From Epithemia pelagica (lineage: Eukaryota > Protista > Bacillariophyta), in assembly GCA_946965045.2 (NCBI GenBank), contig OX337228.1:5084001-5148000 (forward strand): 64,000 nucleotides of DNA. Reading direction: 5' to 3'. The notes below the pieces were generated by a model. The model was not told where the DNA came from and did not search any database. It saw only the letters and a program-made list of their open reading frames with translations. Positions 12,426 through 24,700 of the stretch are shown piece after piece. The number at the start of each line of letters is the position of its first letter. Position 1 is the stretch's first letter. Made by a program: the position numbers and the translations under genes.

Positions 12426-13817
12426 CTATTTTAATCTTTCAGAGAGAACGAAGCCAAGGACGAGCCCAGTTCCAAGAGCGAGGGTAAGGTTCGTCCAATC
12501 AGAGACCGATCCGTCTTTGTACATCGTCCAATCCCCCACAGAAGAAAAGGATCGAAGTAATGATCGTCCTTTTTCTACCACGGGGCTTCCCAGAACAGAC
12601 TGGTTTCTACTTCGAAGGCTTTTCTCTCTTTTCTTCAATGATACCGCTGGCGCCGCGTGGCTCTGTACATCTTCTGCCCACTTGACGGCCTCTTCTGGGG
12701 TTTGGACGAAATGGACAATTTCTGCTGGATTTAGTTTCAGCAGCTGGTCCTTTGAAGCACGGAGAAGCATTTGGCGAAAAGGGTCATAGAAACCATTCAC
12801 GTTCACACATACGATGGGAAGTTTGGAAAGACCGATATTTCTAGCGCATGCCATTTCCCAGAGTTCATCCCATGTTCCAGGTCCTCCCGGCATGACAATC
12901 AAAGCATCGGCACCATTCACCAGGAGCCGCTTTCTTTCTTGTAGGTCCTTTCCTCCAGCAACAAGCATTTCTCTGATTGGTCCTGCATCCTTTGAACCAT
13001 TCAAGGATGGATGAGGCCCTCCATGTGACTGAGGAATCTCCGAACCTGCAGTTTGAGCTTCCATCGTTTCACTAGCCTTGGATTGAAAAACCGAATGTGC
13101 TCCTCCATCTCGAAGATTCTTTACACCCCATTCTTTTTCCAAGTCAGCTCCGTCGACAAGCCACATTTTATGAATGACACCCACGATATGCCCGTTGCCT
13201 GCTGCACACCCTTCATTGAGGGCTCCCATACAGCCAAAGGTTCCGGCACCATTGACGCAAGTGTGCCCACGAACTCCGAGCAAATAGCCCACCTCCGCGG
13301 CTGGCCTAAGATATAGCTCAGGTGTCTTGCTGCTGCTTGATCCATAACAGCAAATCCGAAGAGGCCTGGATGCTTTCTCCTTCGCAAAAGGTAGAGAAGG
13401 TACAGAAGAGTTAATAAGCATCTTGCACGAATCATTGACATTCTCTGTACCTGTCAAAGGACGCGAGTTTTTCTCTTTGGTCGCAGAGAGAGATTTGTCT
13501 GGCATTAATGCCACGTTGTTTGGCTTATCGAACTGTGCCAAAAACTTGGAAACACTTGCCCTTTCAGGAGTCTCAATGACAGCCTGTCCTCCCCTTTCTG
13601 CCTTCTCTTCCGCTCGTTTCTGCTGTTCAAGACCAGGAGATCTCGCCGCCAAGCTGTCCCCAGGCATAATAGCAATATTATCCGGTTTCTCGAACTGAGA
13701 CAAGAATTTTGAAACACTAGCCCGTTCAGTTGTGTCGACAGCTTCGTTCATGGTGTCATTCGCTTCTCCGCTTGTGTTTTCTGTTGTGACTGCGATTCCT
13801 TTCGTCAAGGTGGACAT
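12426..13817 (-). CDS. LOG/lysine-decarboxylase-like family nucleotide phosphoribohydrolase with a C-terminal hydrophobic anchor
   Basis: ICCYGSS, NGAGTFGCMGA, QERKRLL and ADALIVMPGGPGTWDELWE (the PGGxGTxE motif). C-terminal LTLALGTGLVLGFVL. Confidence 0.88.
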   Translation of the reverse strand: MSTLTKGIAVTTENTSGEANDTMNEAVDTTERASVSKFLSQFEKPDNIAIMPGDSLAARSPGLEQQKRAEEKAERGGQAVIETPERASVSKFLAQFDKPNNVALMPDKSLSATKEKNSRPLTGTENVNDSCKMLINSSVPSLPFAKEKASRPLRICCYGSSSSKTPELYLRPAAEVGYLLGVRGHTCVNGAGTFGCMGALNEGCAAGNGHIVGVIHKMWLVDGADLEKEWGVKNLRDGGAHSVFQSKASETMEAQTAGSEIPQSHGGPHPSLNGSKDAGPIREMLVAGGKDLQERKRLLVNGADALIVMPGGPGTWDELWEMACARNIGLSKLPIVCVNVNGFYDPFRQMLLRASKDQLLKLNPAEIVHFVQTPEEAVKWAEDVQSHAAPAVSLKKREKSLRSRNQSVLGSPVVEKGRSLLRSFSSVGDWTMYKDGSVSDWTNLTLALGTGLVLGFVLSERLK

Positions 13818-14043
13818 CTTTTATTATGAGAGTTTAGTTGAGATGTGGAAGACCTCTTGCCTCGTGCATGACATTCAAGTGCCAGAGAGCGAGAACCGGG
13901 GGGAAACATCAAGGAATCCGCATCAGTCGCTGATTGGTCATAATTTCCGGCAGAAAGGCTATGGAGAAGCCTATGATAGGATTCCCGCTTCGCAACTCGA
14001 GAACAATGACAACGAATGCTACAACGAAAAAGATTCGCACACC

Positions 14044-14924
14044 ATGACCAAACCTACAAAGAAGAATCAACCCACCAAAGTCACGTCAACGATGGGCTCA
14101 ACGACAAAGCCCGTTTCGACATCGGATAGCAAAGATCAGAATGCTCCTCAAAGCTCTCCTTCAGTGGATCGAGCTGGGCCGCTGTCAACAGAACGGGTTT
14201 TTTTGTTGGGAGCGTCGTTGTTGTTGGTAGGAACTCTTGGTTTCTATTATCTGCCTGGAATGATTGTTTTGGACGAGGAGAGTAAAAATGACCATTTGAG
14301 TCGAAGTCGGTTAGTGGATGCCTTCTATTGTGCTGCGATTACCTTAACGACGTAAGATATTGGATTCACTGAGTCGTCGCTGGTACAATAATGGGAATGA
14401 ACGTCTCATTCTGTTCTCCCTACCATAACAGCGTTGGATTTTGTGACATTTGTCCTGGTGAAACAAACTTGGCTGGGAAAGTGTTTCTGATCCTGTTTAG
14501 TTTGTGCGGTCTTGGTATCTTTTGCGGTCCAATCATGGATCTAGCGTCATCCTGGAGACATCAGATTCCTGGTGGATTGCCCACTCTGGCAAGCTTTACG
14601 ATTGGCATAGGGGTGATGGTGTTCACCACGTTTGAAGGTTTGGCTCAAACGGATGCAATTTATGCCAGTGTGATAACGGGTATGTCAAAATTTGCATTTG
14701 TTGGTACTATATCATTGAGACTAACAAGAAGCTCTTGACTTTGCAATCATGACTACGATGTAGGAACAACAATTGGGTATGGTGACCTCGCTCCATCCAG
14801 CAACCTTGGTAAAGTTGCTGTTGCGTTGTACGCGATAGCTTCCGTCAATGTCATGGCAATCCTATTGGAACCTGCACGTCGTTCCCTGGAGCTTCTATGT
14901 CGTTCAAAAGCCAAAATAGATTAA
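14044..14924 (+). CDS. Two-pore-domain (4TM/2P) potassium channel-like protein, 3 exons
   Basis: Introns 14352-14431 and 14680-14763. The spliced product has TM-pore-TM twice: DAFYCAAITLTT|VGFCD and DAIYASVITG|TTIGYGDLAP. Confidence 0.85.
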
Positions 14925-15132
14925 ATCGAACTCGCTCTAGAAGCATGACATGAATCCCCATATGGTATGCAAAATAAAGAAACTAAACTTGCTTGCAAGT
15001 TATTGGGAATGTAGCGGAGATACAGCAGCATGACCCACTTGTAGATCTACATTGTTTGTGACTTAGTCATGAGAGCACCAATTTTCTGGATGGAACTGTC
15101 ATTCGGAATTCGTTGAGAATATGGAGTCGAAC

Positions 15133-15821
15133 TTAGGTGTCCTTTTTCTCGTCGACGGCCATTTGATCCACAATATCTCCGGCGGCTTCGGACAATCCAG
15201 CTGCCGCATTTTTGGCGTCGTTCAAGGCAGCATCGATGCGAGATTCACTTTTTTTCAGTAGATCTTTGAGAAAGCTATCATAAAGGAATTTGGCACCCTT
15301 AGTTTGGGGAAGCATCGCCCACAACAAAAAAGCAAGCTTGAAGGCGTAGAAGAAGGGGATCCAGTAAAGCAAAAGATCAACGAAACTTTCAAGAATTGAA
15401 AAGAAGGCAAAAATAACCCAGTACACCAGCCACTGTACATCATCTCCTTTGGTTTTCGTTTCAACGGCCTGGAAACTCTTAAAGGCCGGATATACAAATC
15501 CAACAAGAGACGACAAAGACGCAATACCAATTCCAAACACCATTACCAAGGCGAACAACAATCCAGCACCAGCAACAACAATTTCCTTTGGTACTTTGAT
15601 GCTTTCCTGCAAATCGAGAAAGGATGCAGAGCATTAAGAAAGCAAGAAACGAGTCATGGCGGATGAGTCGTTGTACGACCACGCTGGGACCAAAGATACA
15701 AAAAGGATTCGATTCGATTCGATGCATGATTGTGATTCTATCTCACCTCTACTTGCTGCAGTTGAGGGTACTTGTCGAGCTTCTTACGAAGCGGAGCGAG
15801 TTTCTCTTGAATAGCTTCCAT
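15133..15821 (-). CDS. TB2/DP1/HVA22 (REEP/Yop1) family ER-shaping protein, 2 exons
   Basis: MEAIQEKL...LQQVE, GT-AG intron ending at 15607, then VGFVYPAFKSFQAVE...DDVQWLVYWVIFAFF...WIPFFYAFKLAFLLW...GAKFLY. Confidence 0.88.
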
Positions 15822-16328
15822 GGTTGATTTGAGGTTTGTTTCGCAATTCGACGATATGGCTTTGCGAACGAAGGATCTGGTCTCTCGCTTCTTTGTTTGT
15901 TCTCGTCTTCGTAGATCCTTAGCAATGAGAAAGAGACACGCCTGCGCCTGGGCTTTGGCGCTACCCGCGCGAAATGCTGGTTTCGAAATGGTCAGAGCTT
16001 TGCACGCGCGAACACAGCGAAGAAAATAGTCCACGTCACTCTCTGTTATCAAGCTGAAGATGCGCGCGTGGAATCAATCGCATTTACATTCACCACTCTC
16101 AACTCTCAATTGCGTTCGAGCAATGACACGAGTAGACGAGTCGGCCTTTTGACAAGGCTCTTTCACGCTCATTTTTCTCTTCTCTCTCATTTTCATTGCT
16201 CCCCGACATCTGATCATACAATACGAGTCCTGCTGGCAAACGTTGCATTCTGCTTTGTTGCTTCTATTCGAGCCATTTCGTTTTCGGATTAAAAGACGTC
16301 TAGTGTCGTCATTCCAATTTTCACAACC

Positions 16329-17336
16329 ATGCAGAATGAAAACGAAAGGAAAGCTCCTTCAGAACCATCGATTGTCTCTCGTGTGGCTTCAACAAGTTCG
16401 CACGACTTGGATCCATCCTTATTGGAGCCATTTGAATACATTAATTCGGTACCAGGGAAAAACGTGAGAGGGAAGATGATTGACTGCTTTCAGATCTGGT
16501 TCCAGGTTGAATCTCCTACTGTTTTGTCCACGATCAAGGAAATTGTGGGCGACCTACACAATGCTAGTCTCATGATTGATGACATTGAAGACAACAGTAA
16601 GCTGCGCCGCGGCATCCCTGTTACGCACTCTATATTTGGCGTACCAGCGACTATCAATACTGCCAACTATGTTTACTTCCTTGCTCTCGACAAAGTTCAC
16701 AATTCCCTTCACAACGAGCAAGCGACGAGAGTATTTGTAAATGAACTCTTGAATCTACATCGTGGACAGGGACACGACATTCAATGGCGTGACGCCATCA
16801 AGTGTCCAACAGAAGAAGAATATCTGGTCATGATATCTGACAAGACGGGTGGCCTGTTTCGTCTCGCTGTGGGCCTGTTGCAAGCATTCGCTACAAAACA
16901 TGTCGACACCGATTTTACCAATTTGGTCAACAATCTGGCAATGTATTTCCAGATTCGAGATGATTTCATCAACTTGGCGGACGAAGAGTACATGAAATCA
17001 AAAAGCTTTTGCGAAGACTTGACGGAAGGCAAGTTCAGTCTACCCGTGATTCATTGCGTGCGGTCCAATCCAGATGATACACGTCTCCTCAATATATTGA
17101 AGCAACGGACGAATGACACAGACGTCAAAAGATACGCGCAACGAATCCTCAAAGAAGCGGGGAGTTTGGAGTATACGAGACGCAAGTGTAGTGAACTCAA
17201 GCAGCAAATCATTCAAGAAATTGAAAGCTTGGGTGGAAATCCGCCATTGCTGCAAATTATTCAAATGCTGGATCTTCAGTTGGAAAACCTATTGGTTGAT
17301 CCACAGCCACGAAAGACAGATATCGACGAATGCTAA
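16329..17336 (+). CDS. GGPS1: Geranylgeranyl diphosphate synthase (GGPS1/BTS1 type)
   Basis: PGKNVRG, LHNASLMIDDIEDNSKLRRG (first Asp-rich motif), LHRGQG, KTGGLFRL, FQIRDDFINL, CEDLTEGKFSLP. Confidence 0.95.
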   Translation: MQNENERKAPSEPSIVSRVASTSSHDLDPSLLEPFEYINSVPGKNVRGKMIDCFQIWFQVESPTVLSTIKEIVGDLHNASLMIDDIEDNSKLRRGIPVTHSIFGVPATINTANYVYFLALDKVHNSLHNEQATRVFVNELLNLHRGQGHDIQWRDAIKCPTEEEYLVMISDKTGGLFRLAVGLLQAFATKHVDTDFTNLVNNLAMYFQIRDDFINLADEEYMKSKSFCEDLTEGKFSLPVIHCVRSNPDDTRLLNILKQRTNDTDVKRYAQRILKEAGSLEYTRRKCSELKQQIIQEIESLGGNPPLLQIIQMLDLQLENLLVDPQPRKTDIDEC

Positions 17337-17371
17337 GGAGCAACAGCTAGCCAAGTGAACACATAACCTTA

Positions 17372-18277
17372 TTAAACGGATTGGGTTGAGGTATGGATTC
17401 TCGTGGCCGAGACCTGGTTTTCTCCCAGACAGTAGTTGATGACAACGGCATCTGACTCCATTGTCTTGGGCGTCAAGATGAGACGGCCGTGAAGGTTCCG
17501 AGAGAAACCTGTTGATAAGGGTACAACATCCACAATCCAATCCGCCAGTTCTACCAGACTGCATTCCCATCCATGCTCAGTAGGGGGGACTGTGTCGCCG
17601 GATGGCTGGTCTTCCGCCCCGACCCATGACGATGCATCCATCTGATCCGACAGTTCATCTCCTGCAGTCGTAACGAGCAGGGACAGGGAGCCTTTTCCAC
17701 TGCTAGGACTGGACTGTCTCTTTTGCTGGAGAGCACACAACTGGAAAACAAGGGCATAGGACAGTCTCGAACCAACAAATCGAGCCAGGGCAGAAACATC
17801 TTCGAGGAAAATGTACGAGGGAATTTCGTCCGTCTCTTTGTACCATGATAGGATGCTTTTGTAGAGTTGTCGCACAAACACTTGTGGCGAAAATATCTCA
17901 TCCCTTCCTTCCTCTTTACAAGAATCGATAGTGTGGCGAATTTCCTGCACAATGGAACGAATGGTAATTTGCGACTTTTGCTCGTTTTCGGTTCGAGAAG
18001 CAGTCGCATGTGGATTTCTGGTGCCATTGCCAACCTTAGCGAGTCCATTCTCAATAAGCCTCTGGTTCTGACTTGCCGAACACGTCAACCACAGAATCCG
18101 CGATTTTCTTCCATGACGTGCTGTCAAATATAACAGAAATCTTCCACTGGTTTCCAGCGTGTCATGGATCAAGACTGTTGAGGGTGATTGGTCATCTAAT
18201 CTGTTGTTGTTGTTGCCTTGACTGATCCAAGGCAGAATATCTTGAAGCAAGACATTCGATGACCCTCCTGCCACCAT
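17372..18277 (-). CDS. ELP6: Elongator subunit 6-like (inactive RecA-type fold)
   Basis: VLIHDTLETSGRFLL near the N-terminus and LADWIVDVVPLSTGFSRNLHGRL near the C-terminus match the ELP6 pattern as recalled. First ATG at 18277. Confidence 0.6.
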   Translation of the reverse strand: MVAGGSSNVLLQDILPWISQGNNNNRLDDQSPSTVLIHDTLETSGRFLLYLTARHGRKSRILWLTCSASQNQRLIENGLAKVGNGTRNPHATASRTENEQKSQITIRSIVQEIRHTIDSCKEEGRDEIFSPQVFVRQLYKSILSWYKETDEIPSYIFLEDVSALARFVGSRLSYALVFQLCALQQKRQSSPSSGKGSLSLLVTTAGDELSDQMDASSWVGAEDQPSGDTVPPTEHGWECSLVELADWIVDVVPLSTGFSRNLHGRLILTPKTMESDAVVINYCLGENQVSATRIHTSTQSV

Positions 18278-18749
18278 CTGGACGTAACACCCCAAAGACC
18301 AGGTGTGCGTTTTTCGCTTCAGACTCTGTCAAAGGTTCAACAGCCCCGTGGTATCGATGATCGAAGTCGACGGGGTTCATTGTTCATCGTTGTCACGCCA
18401 CCAGAAAATATCACCGGGAGTGGTGGGGCGCGGCTGAGTTCAGTGCTAACAATCCACGTACAACTTCAATCTTGCACCCCTCCGCTCATATTGTCGGTAT
18501 TACTACTCCTAGAGTACATAGCATTTGCTATTCCTGACCAACGATTGCTCCTAAGGAGTAGGACTTGCTTTCAGCATTCAGCATAGATGCTCAATTCACC
18601 CATGAGAACATAAAGCACTGGTCAAGAAAGTCATCAAGAAGAAATAATGATCGTAATGAAGAAACAATTCTTTCCGGATCTAGGGAAAAGTGGAAAGCGT
18701 TCTCGGTCGCCAAGTAGTAGACGATTTTGGTTTGATTTGGTTGCTTCAA

Positions 18750-21700
18750 TCATCGTTCGACCGGCAATCCGCGTATGATCTCCGACACGATCATCTGTGC
18801 CAATCGTTCCGTTTGCTCAGAGGGGACGAATTCCGGGAAATCGACATTCTCTGAGGGTGCAGTCTTCGAATATACATTGACTTGCAAGGATGTAGATGTC
18901 GTGCCAGAAACAAGACCGATCGTTTCTTCCAGTGCCTTCGCTTCACTGTCCAAATCATCCCACCCAAAGAGTAGTCGCTGGTCTTCCCAACGCTTGTGGT
19001 GTAGTCCACGCCGGTAGTCATTGAGATCGTGCCGATCACGAAGAAGGTTTGACAGTCGTTTAAAATATCGAGAGGTGACCATAATGTACCTGTAAGCACT
19101 ACCATCAAACGTTTCTTGGTCAACTTGTGCCGACCTTGACAAACACCAATCAAGAATCCATCCTTTTCCATTTCTTTCAACGCGACGCGAAGGAAGGCAC
19201 ACGCAACTCCTCACACAAACAAGTGCTGTGTAAAGTGCCTCGACATGCAGTTTTGGTTCCGACAGGATCGACATAAGGGTTGTAGATAAGGACCTGAACA
19301 AGGCGCAGGTTACTTTCAAACCGTATTCGGTAGAAGATGAGTCGTTGACAGAGTTGTCAGAGTCGTCTTCCTCCAACATGTACCTGAGCAAATGTAAGGA
19401 AGCAAGCCTTTCAAGGCCTCGTAACCGCGGCCGTGAAAGTCTTCGAACTAAGATCTCTTCGAAAGTGTGACGCTTCAGCCCATCCAGTCCTTGTTTGATG
19501 CCGTTGCCGTGTGACAGTTTCTCAACGTCAATTAGCCTCATGTAGCTCTCCACAATTCTTGAAAAACTGGACCCCATGGACTCGTCCATTGGATCCTCGC
19601 GGTGTCCCGAAAGGGTGTGTGCGACGGAACGAGCAACATTGTCTTCGTGACATAAATTGACGAGAGCCTGGAACGACGACGATGATGACCGAAAAAATTC
19701 ACCCCGAGAAAACTCGATCGCACAGCAGAAAATAATTTGACGACATCGTCCAGTCATTATCAACGGAAGGTCGAGTACATCGTGAACTTGCTCGTACGTA
19801 GGGTCATTAGATTTGATGTCCAGCTTTCCATCGGTAAACGTGGTTGTAGCAAGCCGTCGAAGTACGCCATTTGGACAAGATCGAGAACAGCGCAAAAGAG
19901 AGCTCAAATAATGTTCATGCAAGGTCTTACGGAAACCTGGAGATGTAATTGGGTCAGTGGTAGCACGCAGAATGAACCAAGACGTAAAAGCTGCATAGAA
20001 AACTGAATAGCAGCGTAAAGTTTCTTTCAGCCTGTTCTCTCCCACGTTAACCATGTTGCCCAATGACTCGCAGAGGCACAGAAGCTCCCAAGAACTCTGG
20101 GAGAGGAGAATAGAAAGTCGATGGAAATCCTCCGGATTCCGAGTAGAACTAGTTTGGCAAATGACTCCACGAAGAAGACGAAGTCTGTCAAACATTGCAC
20201 CTTCCATTGACGGTCGGAGTGAAACAGGTTTCTTTGTCAGATCATTATCCAGCTCTTCCAAACAACGAGATTCATAAAGAGATGTGACCCCAGGTGAACT
20301 TTTAAGTTCTTGGAGCCGAAATAGCAGTCCTTGACAAACCTCACGATATTCGATGTATCTCTGTTGCAAGGCAGGTAGTTTCCCAGACGTAAATGCCTTC
20401 AACCGGAAATATTCATTGCATTGAGGTCCACGACCATTCATATCGAAAACACTGTTCAGTGCTAATGAAAGGGACGGAAGCTTCCTAATCAAACCGGTTT
20501 CTAGGCTCATCGAGATGACACCAAGAGCAATTGATTCCATGTGCTTTTCGAGGTGGACAAAAGAAAGGGGCCTGTTTCTACGAAGCAATTCCGAAAGGTA
20601 CACAAAACATGATTGTTCAAAGTACATCTTGTCTTCCGGTTTATGCCCTTGGATTTTCTGAACGTTTAGCTGCCCAAGAATGAGATCAGCAACAGCCTCA
20701 TCACAACAGAGCAAAGTAAGTTTTGCCAAAGACAAACAAACCAAAGAAGATTTCCTGGAAACTGCAACTCCACGAGCTGACGACATGCCTGAACCAATGT
20801 CGAATCTAGTCGATGGCTTGGAGTGCTCAAATGTTTCCCACAACAAATTTGCCAACGAAACGACATGAACCTGTGAAATTTTGGTTTCACATGAATCCAG
20901 GATCTGAACAAGGACAGAATCATCAAGCCCGAATTCCATACCGTCTTCGTTGCCTGTATCGGTCTTTGGTGGCGAGTTTTGAATCAAGGGCGGTGACGTG
21001 GTCGACCCAAGGGAGTCAGGCACAAGTCCGTATAAGATTGACAGAAGCAAAGAAATGGCGTGTTCCATACTAGAACTATGGTTTTCTGGACCAGTACTTC
21101 CAAAACAACGGCAAAATACTGGCAAGAATTTGTCCCAACAACATCTGAGAAACAAAGATGCCCCTTTAACTTGCCAATCTTCGGACTCTGTAGAATGTGC
21201 CAGTCGCTTGAGATACATCACAGTCGTTCCAAGGCACCCCGAAACGAAACAGATGGCTTCCCACGAATGGCTACAACAGTCGAGACACGTGACCAAAGCA
21301 ACTGCAAGGAAATCGAGGCTGCTCTCAAGCGATGAATGTTCGAGAAGTTGACCTCTCCCGAGGCGGCAAAAGGGGTCCATTGGATTGATTCCAGCAATGC
21401 AAAGGACTAAGAATGCGACAACCTTGGCGGCGGTTTGTACTAGAAAAGTATCCACTTTGCAATCGCACTGCTCGTTGCTCTTGCTCGACACAACATGGAA
21501 ATGTTCTCTCATACGACGATCGGAAAGAAGTCCCCAAATGTTCTTCGCTAGCTCTTTTCCTTGAGGTTTCGGCAACGCAAAATCGGTCCGCACCGCTATA
21601 CAAACAAAAGAAAGAACGTCAAAAAATGCCGCGAATTCAGAAAGCCTCGTTCTTGTCTTTGAAACTTCGTATCCAAGTGAAGGAGAGAACGCCTCTTGAA

Positions 21701-24700
21701 ATGAATCCTGTTCGCTCTTTGTTGCTCTCTCGTTGTTCAACCAAGCTTCGATTTCCTCCGTCCATTTAATCTTAGTCTTCTTCATGAAAGAGTTGATTCG
21801 AACTTTCTTCGGGGGCAAACGTCCAATCCACTCGCAAAACAGCGCAAGGCACTGGCGGTGAATTCCTGATGAAGGAAGAAGGAATGTGACTTCTACGGGG
21901 TGTTCCCCTGGTGGTATCATCAAACCACTTGCAACGTTTCCATTCATCCCCGTGATACCCGAGGCACTCGCCATCGAATCATCAAGAACAAACATCTTTT
22001 TTATCCGACCAGAAACCTTTTCGAAAGAACTGTTTATGCCATGTTGTACGACTTCGGGCAGTAAGGACATCTGTTGTTCAAGGTAGGTGCCAATGAGAGC
22101 ACATCGTTTGACAACGTTTGTCAAAAATGAATCTTTGTAACTAACGCCTTGTAATTTCGGTACGAGATCCGAAAGATGATTGATTTCCCATTGGCACTCT
22201 TGAACCTGCAATGGACTGGGGGGCATGTCACTGTCAGAATGGACGAGTGTCCCTCGGAGAAGAATATCTGCCAGCAACTGCCACATCGAAACTCCATTCG
22301 TTGAAGCTTTTTGTTCCGATGATACAACGAAAGCAAGAACACCCCATATAGCGTCGACTTCACATCGAGGTAGATTTTGCCCAATACAGGAATACCTTGT
22401 TGTCGTCGGCTTCAATACCTTGACGGTTGTCATGTCATCTAGGAAGGCTGACCATACAGCCGAGTCGACGCCAGAAAGATAAACATGGTCACCATCAGAC
22501 GCGACCCTCCATTGCTGTATTTGTAGTTCCTCCAGTATACATTGACAAGTCCGTTCAATCATATTTTCGTGTAACGAAAGAGCCGAAAGAAGGGTATTCA
22601 TATCTTTCATATGCTTTGCCCAGTCGGGGATTTCTCGTAGTCCCCACGCCGAAGGAAACAACAAAGAGAGAATAGCCTCGACAAACTGGTGAACAACCAT
22701 GCCAAGAAAAAACGCAGAGGCACATGGATTAAATATATTGCTGGCGCTTTTGTCTATCAAAGACTGAGATCGCTCTTTCACCTTCAACATCAAAGACAAG
22801 GTTGCCACAAGCAACTTAACATGAACACTAAGTTCATCCGTTTGCCCTTCAGCAAGCATTTCTTGAATAGTTTTTCTCCCCTTTTCGGAACGAAGTGATC
22901 CCAAGAGCGTCCGCCAGATAAGAATTCGATTTTGCGGTTCAATATCGGAATCAGAGTTGAGAGTGTCAATCAGTCTGTCTAGGGACGTGGAACAGTCAAG
23001 TTGCGTCTGGTAACCCTCTGCGATGTTTGCACAGATCGAAGATATGTTGTCATCCGAAAGAGGTGCTGTTCTGGACGTGGTCACAGATGCATCCCTACTC
23101 AACCGATCGCGATTTCGAAGCAGCGAGAACATCGTGGCTGATCGGGTCCTTGTACTCGCTTCTTGAACCGAAGAGAACTCGTTTTGTTTACTCCCGTGAA
23201 CGCTACGGGAACTTCTAACCTGGCCAGCGTTGGGTTGATGGGAGCTGCGTGAAAAGTTCACAGTACCACCACCCTGTGGTTCCTGTTCGGAGTTGATTCT
23301 CAAAAACTGTTCCATTGCAGCAATGGCTCTCGACTCGGTGTTGTTGCTTCTTTCAGTACTTCTCCTTTTAGTTGCCCTTTGATCTCGACTCGATGACCGC
23401 TCCTGATATGTACCATTTCCTCTACCAAAAGCAAAGTGGGGCATGGAGTTATCTTGGTTTTGTTCTGAAGGTCGTGATCTTGTGAGAGAGGCTCCACTTT
23501 CCAGCGGGTGAGTACTCGAACCGAGAATCGCAATATTGTTCTGACGGACGCTTTGTCGGTTTCGAGCAAAGGTTGCTTCGTTTGAATCACTACGGCGAAT
23601 GACAACAGAACTGCGGTTGTCCTGCCTTGTTTCTTTCTCCAGTTGAGTCATACTGGAATTTCCACCGTCATCACTACTTGGTCCATCAGCCTGATGAGCG
23701 TTGTCGCGTTCGTCATGTAACTCTTGACGCCCAGCATTCGATTGTTTGTTGCCGACAACCAGGCAGTATTCTTCACTACCATATCCCCCAGATCTGCGCC
23801 TCTTGCGTTTGTCCTTTCGAGTCTGCTTGGAAGCTTTCGTGCTTGAGTTGGAATCGACAACGATCGTACATCGCTTCGGTCTCTTGAACCGGGCATGTTG
23901 ATGTCGATCAAATGCCGACAATGTTCGAGGATCATCCAAAGAGCGTCGGTTTGGTGACATGGTCCTCAGAGCATGAATGGTACTGTCACTATCATTCTCT
24001 GGTATAGAATTGTTCGAAGAAAATTCATCCTCCTCAGGATTATCGACTGATCCGTGACGTTGATGGCGCATTTCCTCCTCGTCTTGGGCCTGGTCCTCTA
24101 ACAACCGAATGTGGTGACGAAATTCGGCCAGAATACTTTCTATAGTTCTGTCAAGTTCTTGAAACCGCATCTCTCGTGCTTCTAGTTTTGTGCCGCGAAA
24201 CTGAGAGAGTTGCGGCGCAGGCATCTCTGCCTTGTGTTTTCGGTACTCGTGTCGATTAGACAGCTTCCGAAGAACATTTTGACATTGATCCCTCCCATAT
24301 CTGACCAATTCTCCCAAAAGGCGATTGTAAGAGGCCTCCGCTTTCTCTATTTGGCGTAGGCTTGTTTCCGGTTGTATGCTTGCGGTCATGTTCGCCAATT
24401 CTTGACGGGCGCTAGGAATCGTCCTGGTTTCCATATCCTGAGCCAAACGATCGAAAAAGGCTGGTAACTCTAGAAAGGATATGCTTTTTGTTTGATCCAC
24501 AATATCTCTTGGCATTTCCTCGGCATCTCCTTCGGGTTGAATAAAGTCGTTCGCCTCATCGTCATGGTTCCCTTCGTACGGATATTCTTCATAGACCAAG
24601 TCGGCCTGAGATGGATTCAGTGGACTTTGTGACTCGCCAATGTGAGAGGGAAAACGTGCGCTTTGGTTGGACTCGGACCTATTTGGCTCGGAATCTTTGG

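Noticed and set aside
15822-16052. N-terminal extension of the ORF 15738-16052
   Set aside because: Only the last 25 codons (MEAIQEKL...) splice into the REEP/HVA22 gene. The rest lies in the divergent promoter.
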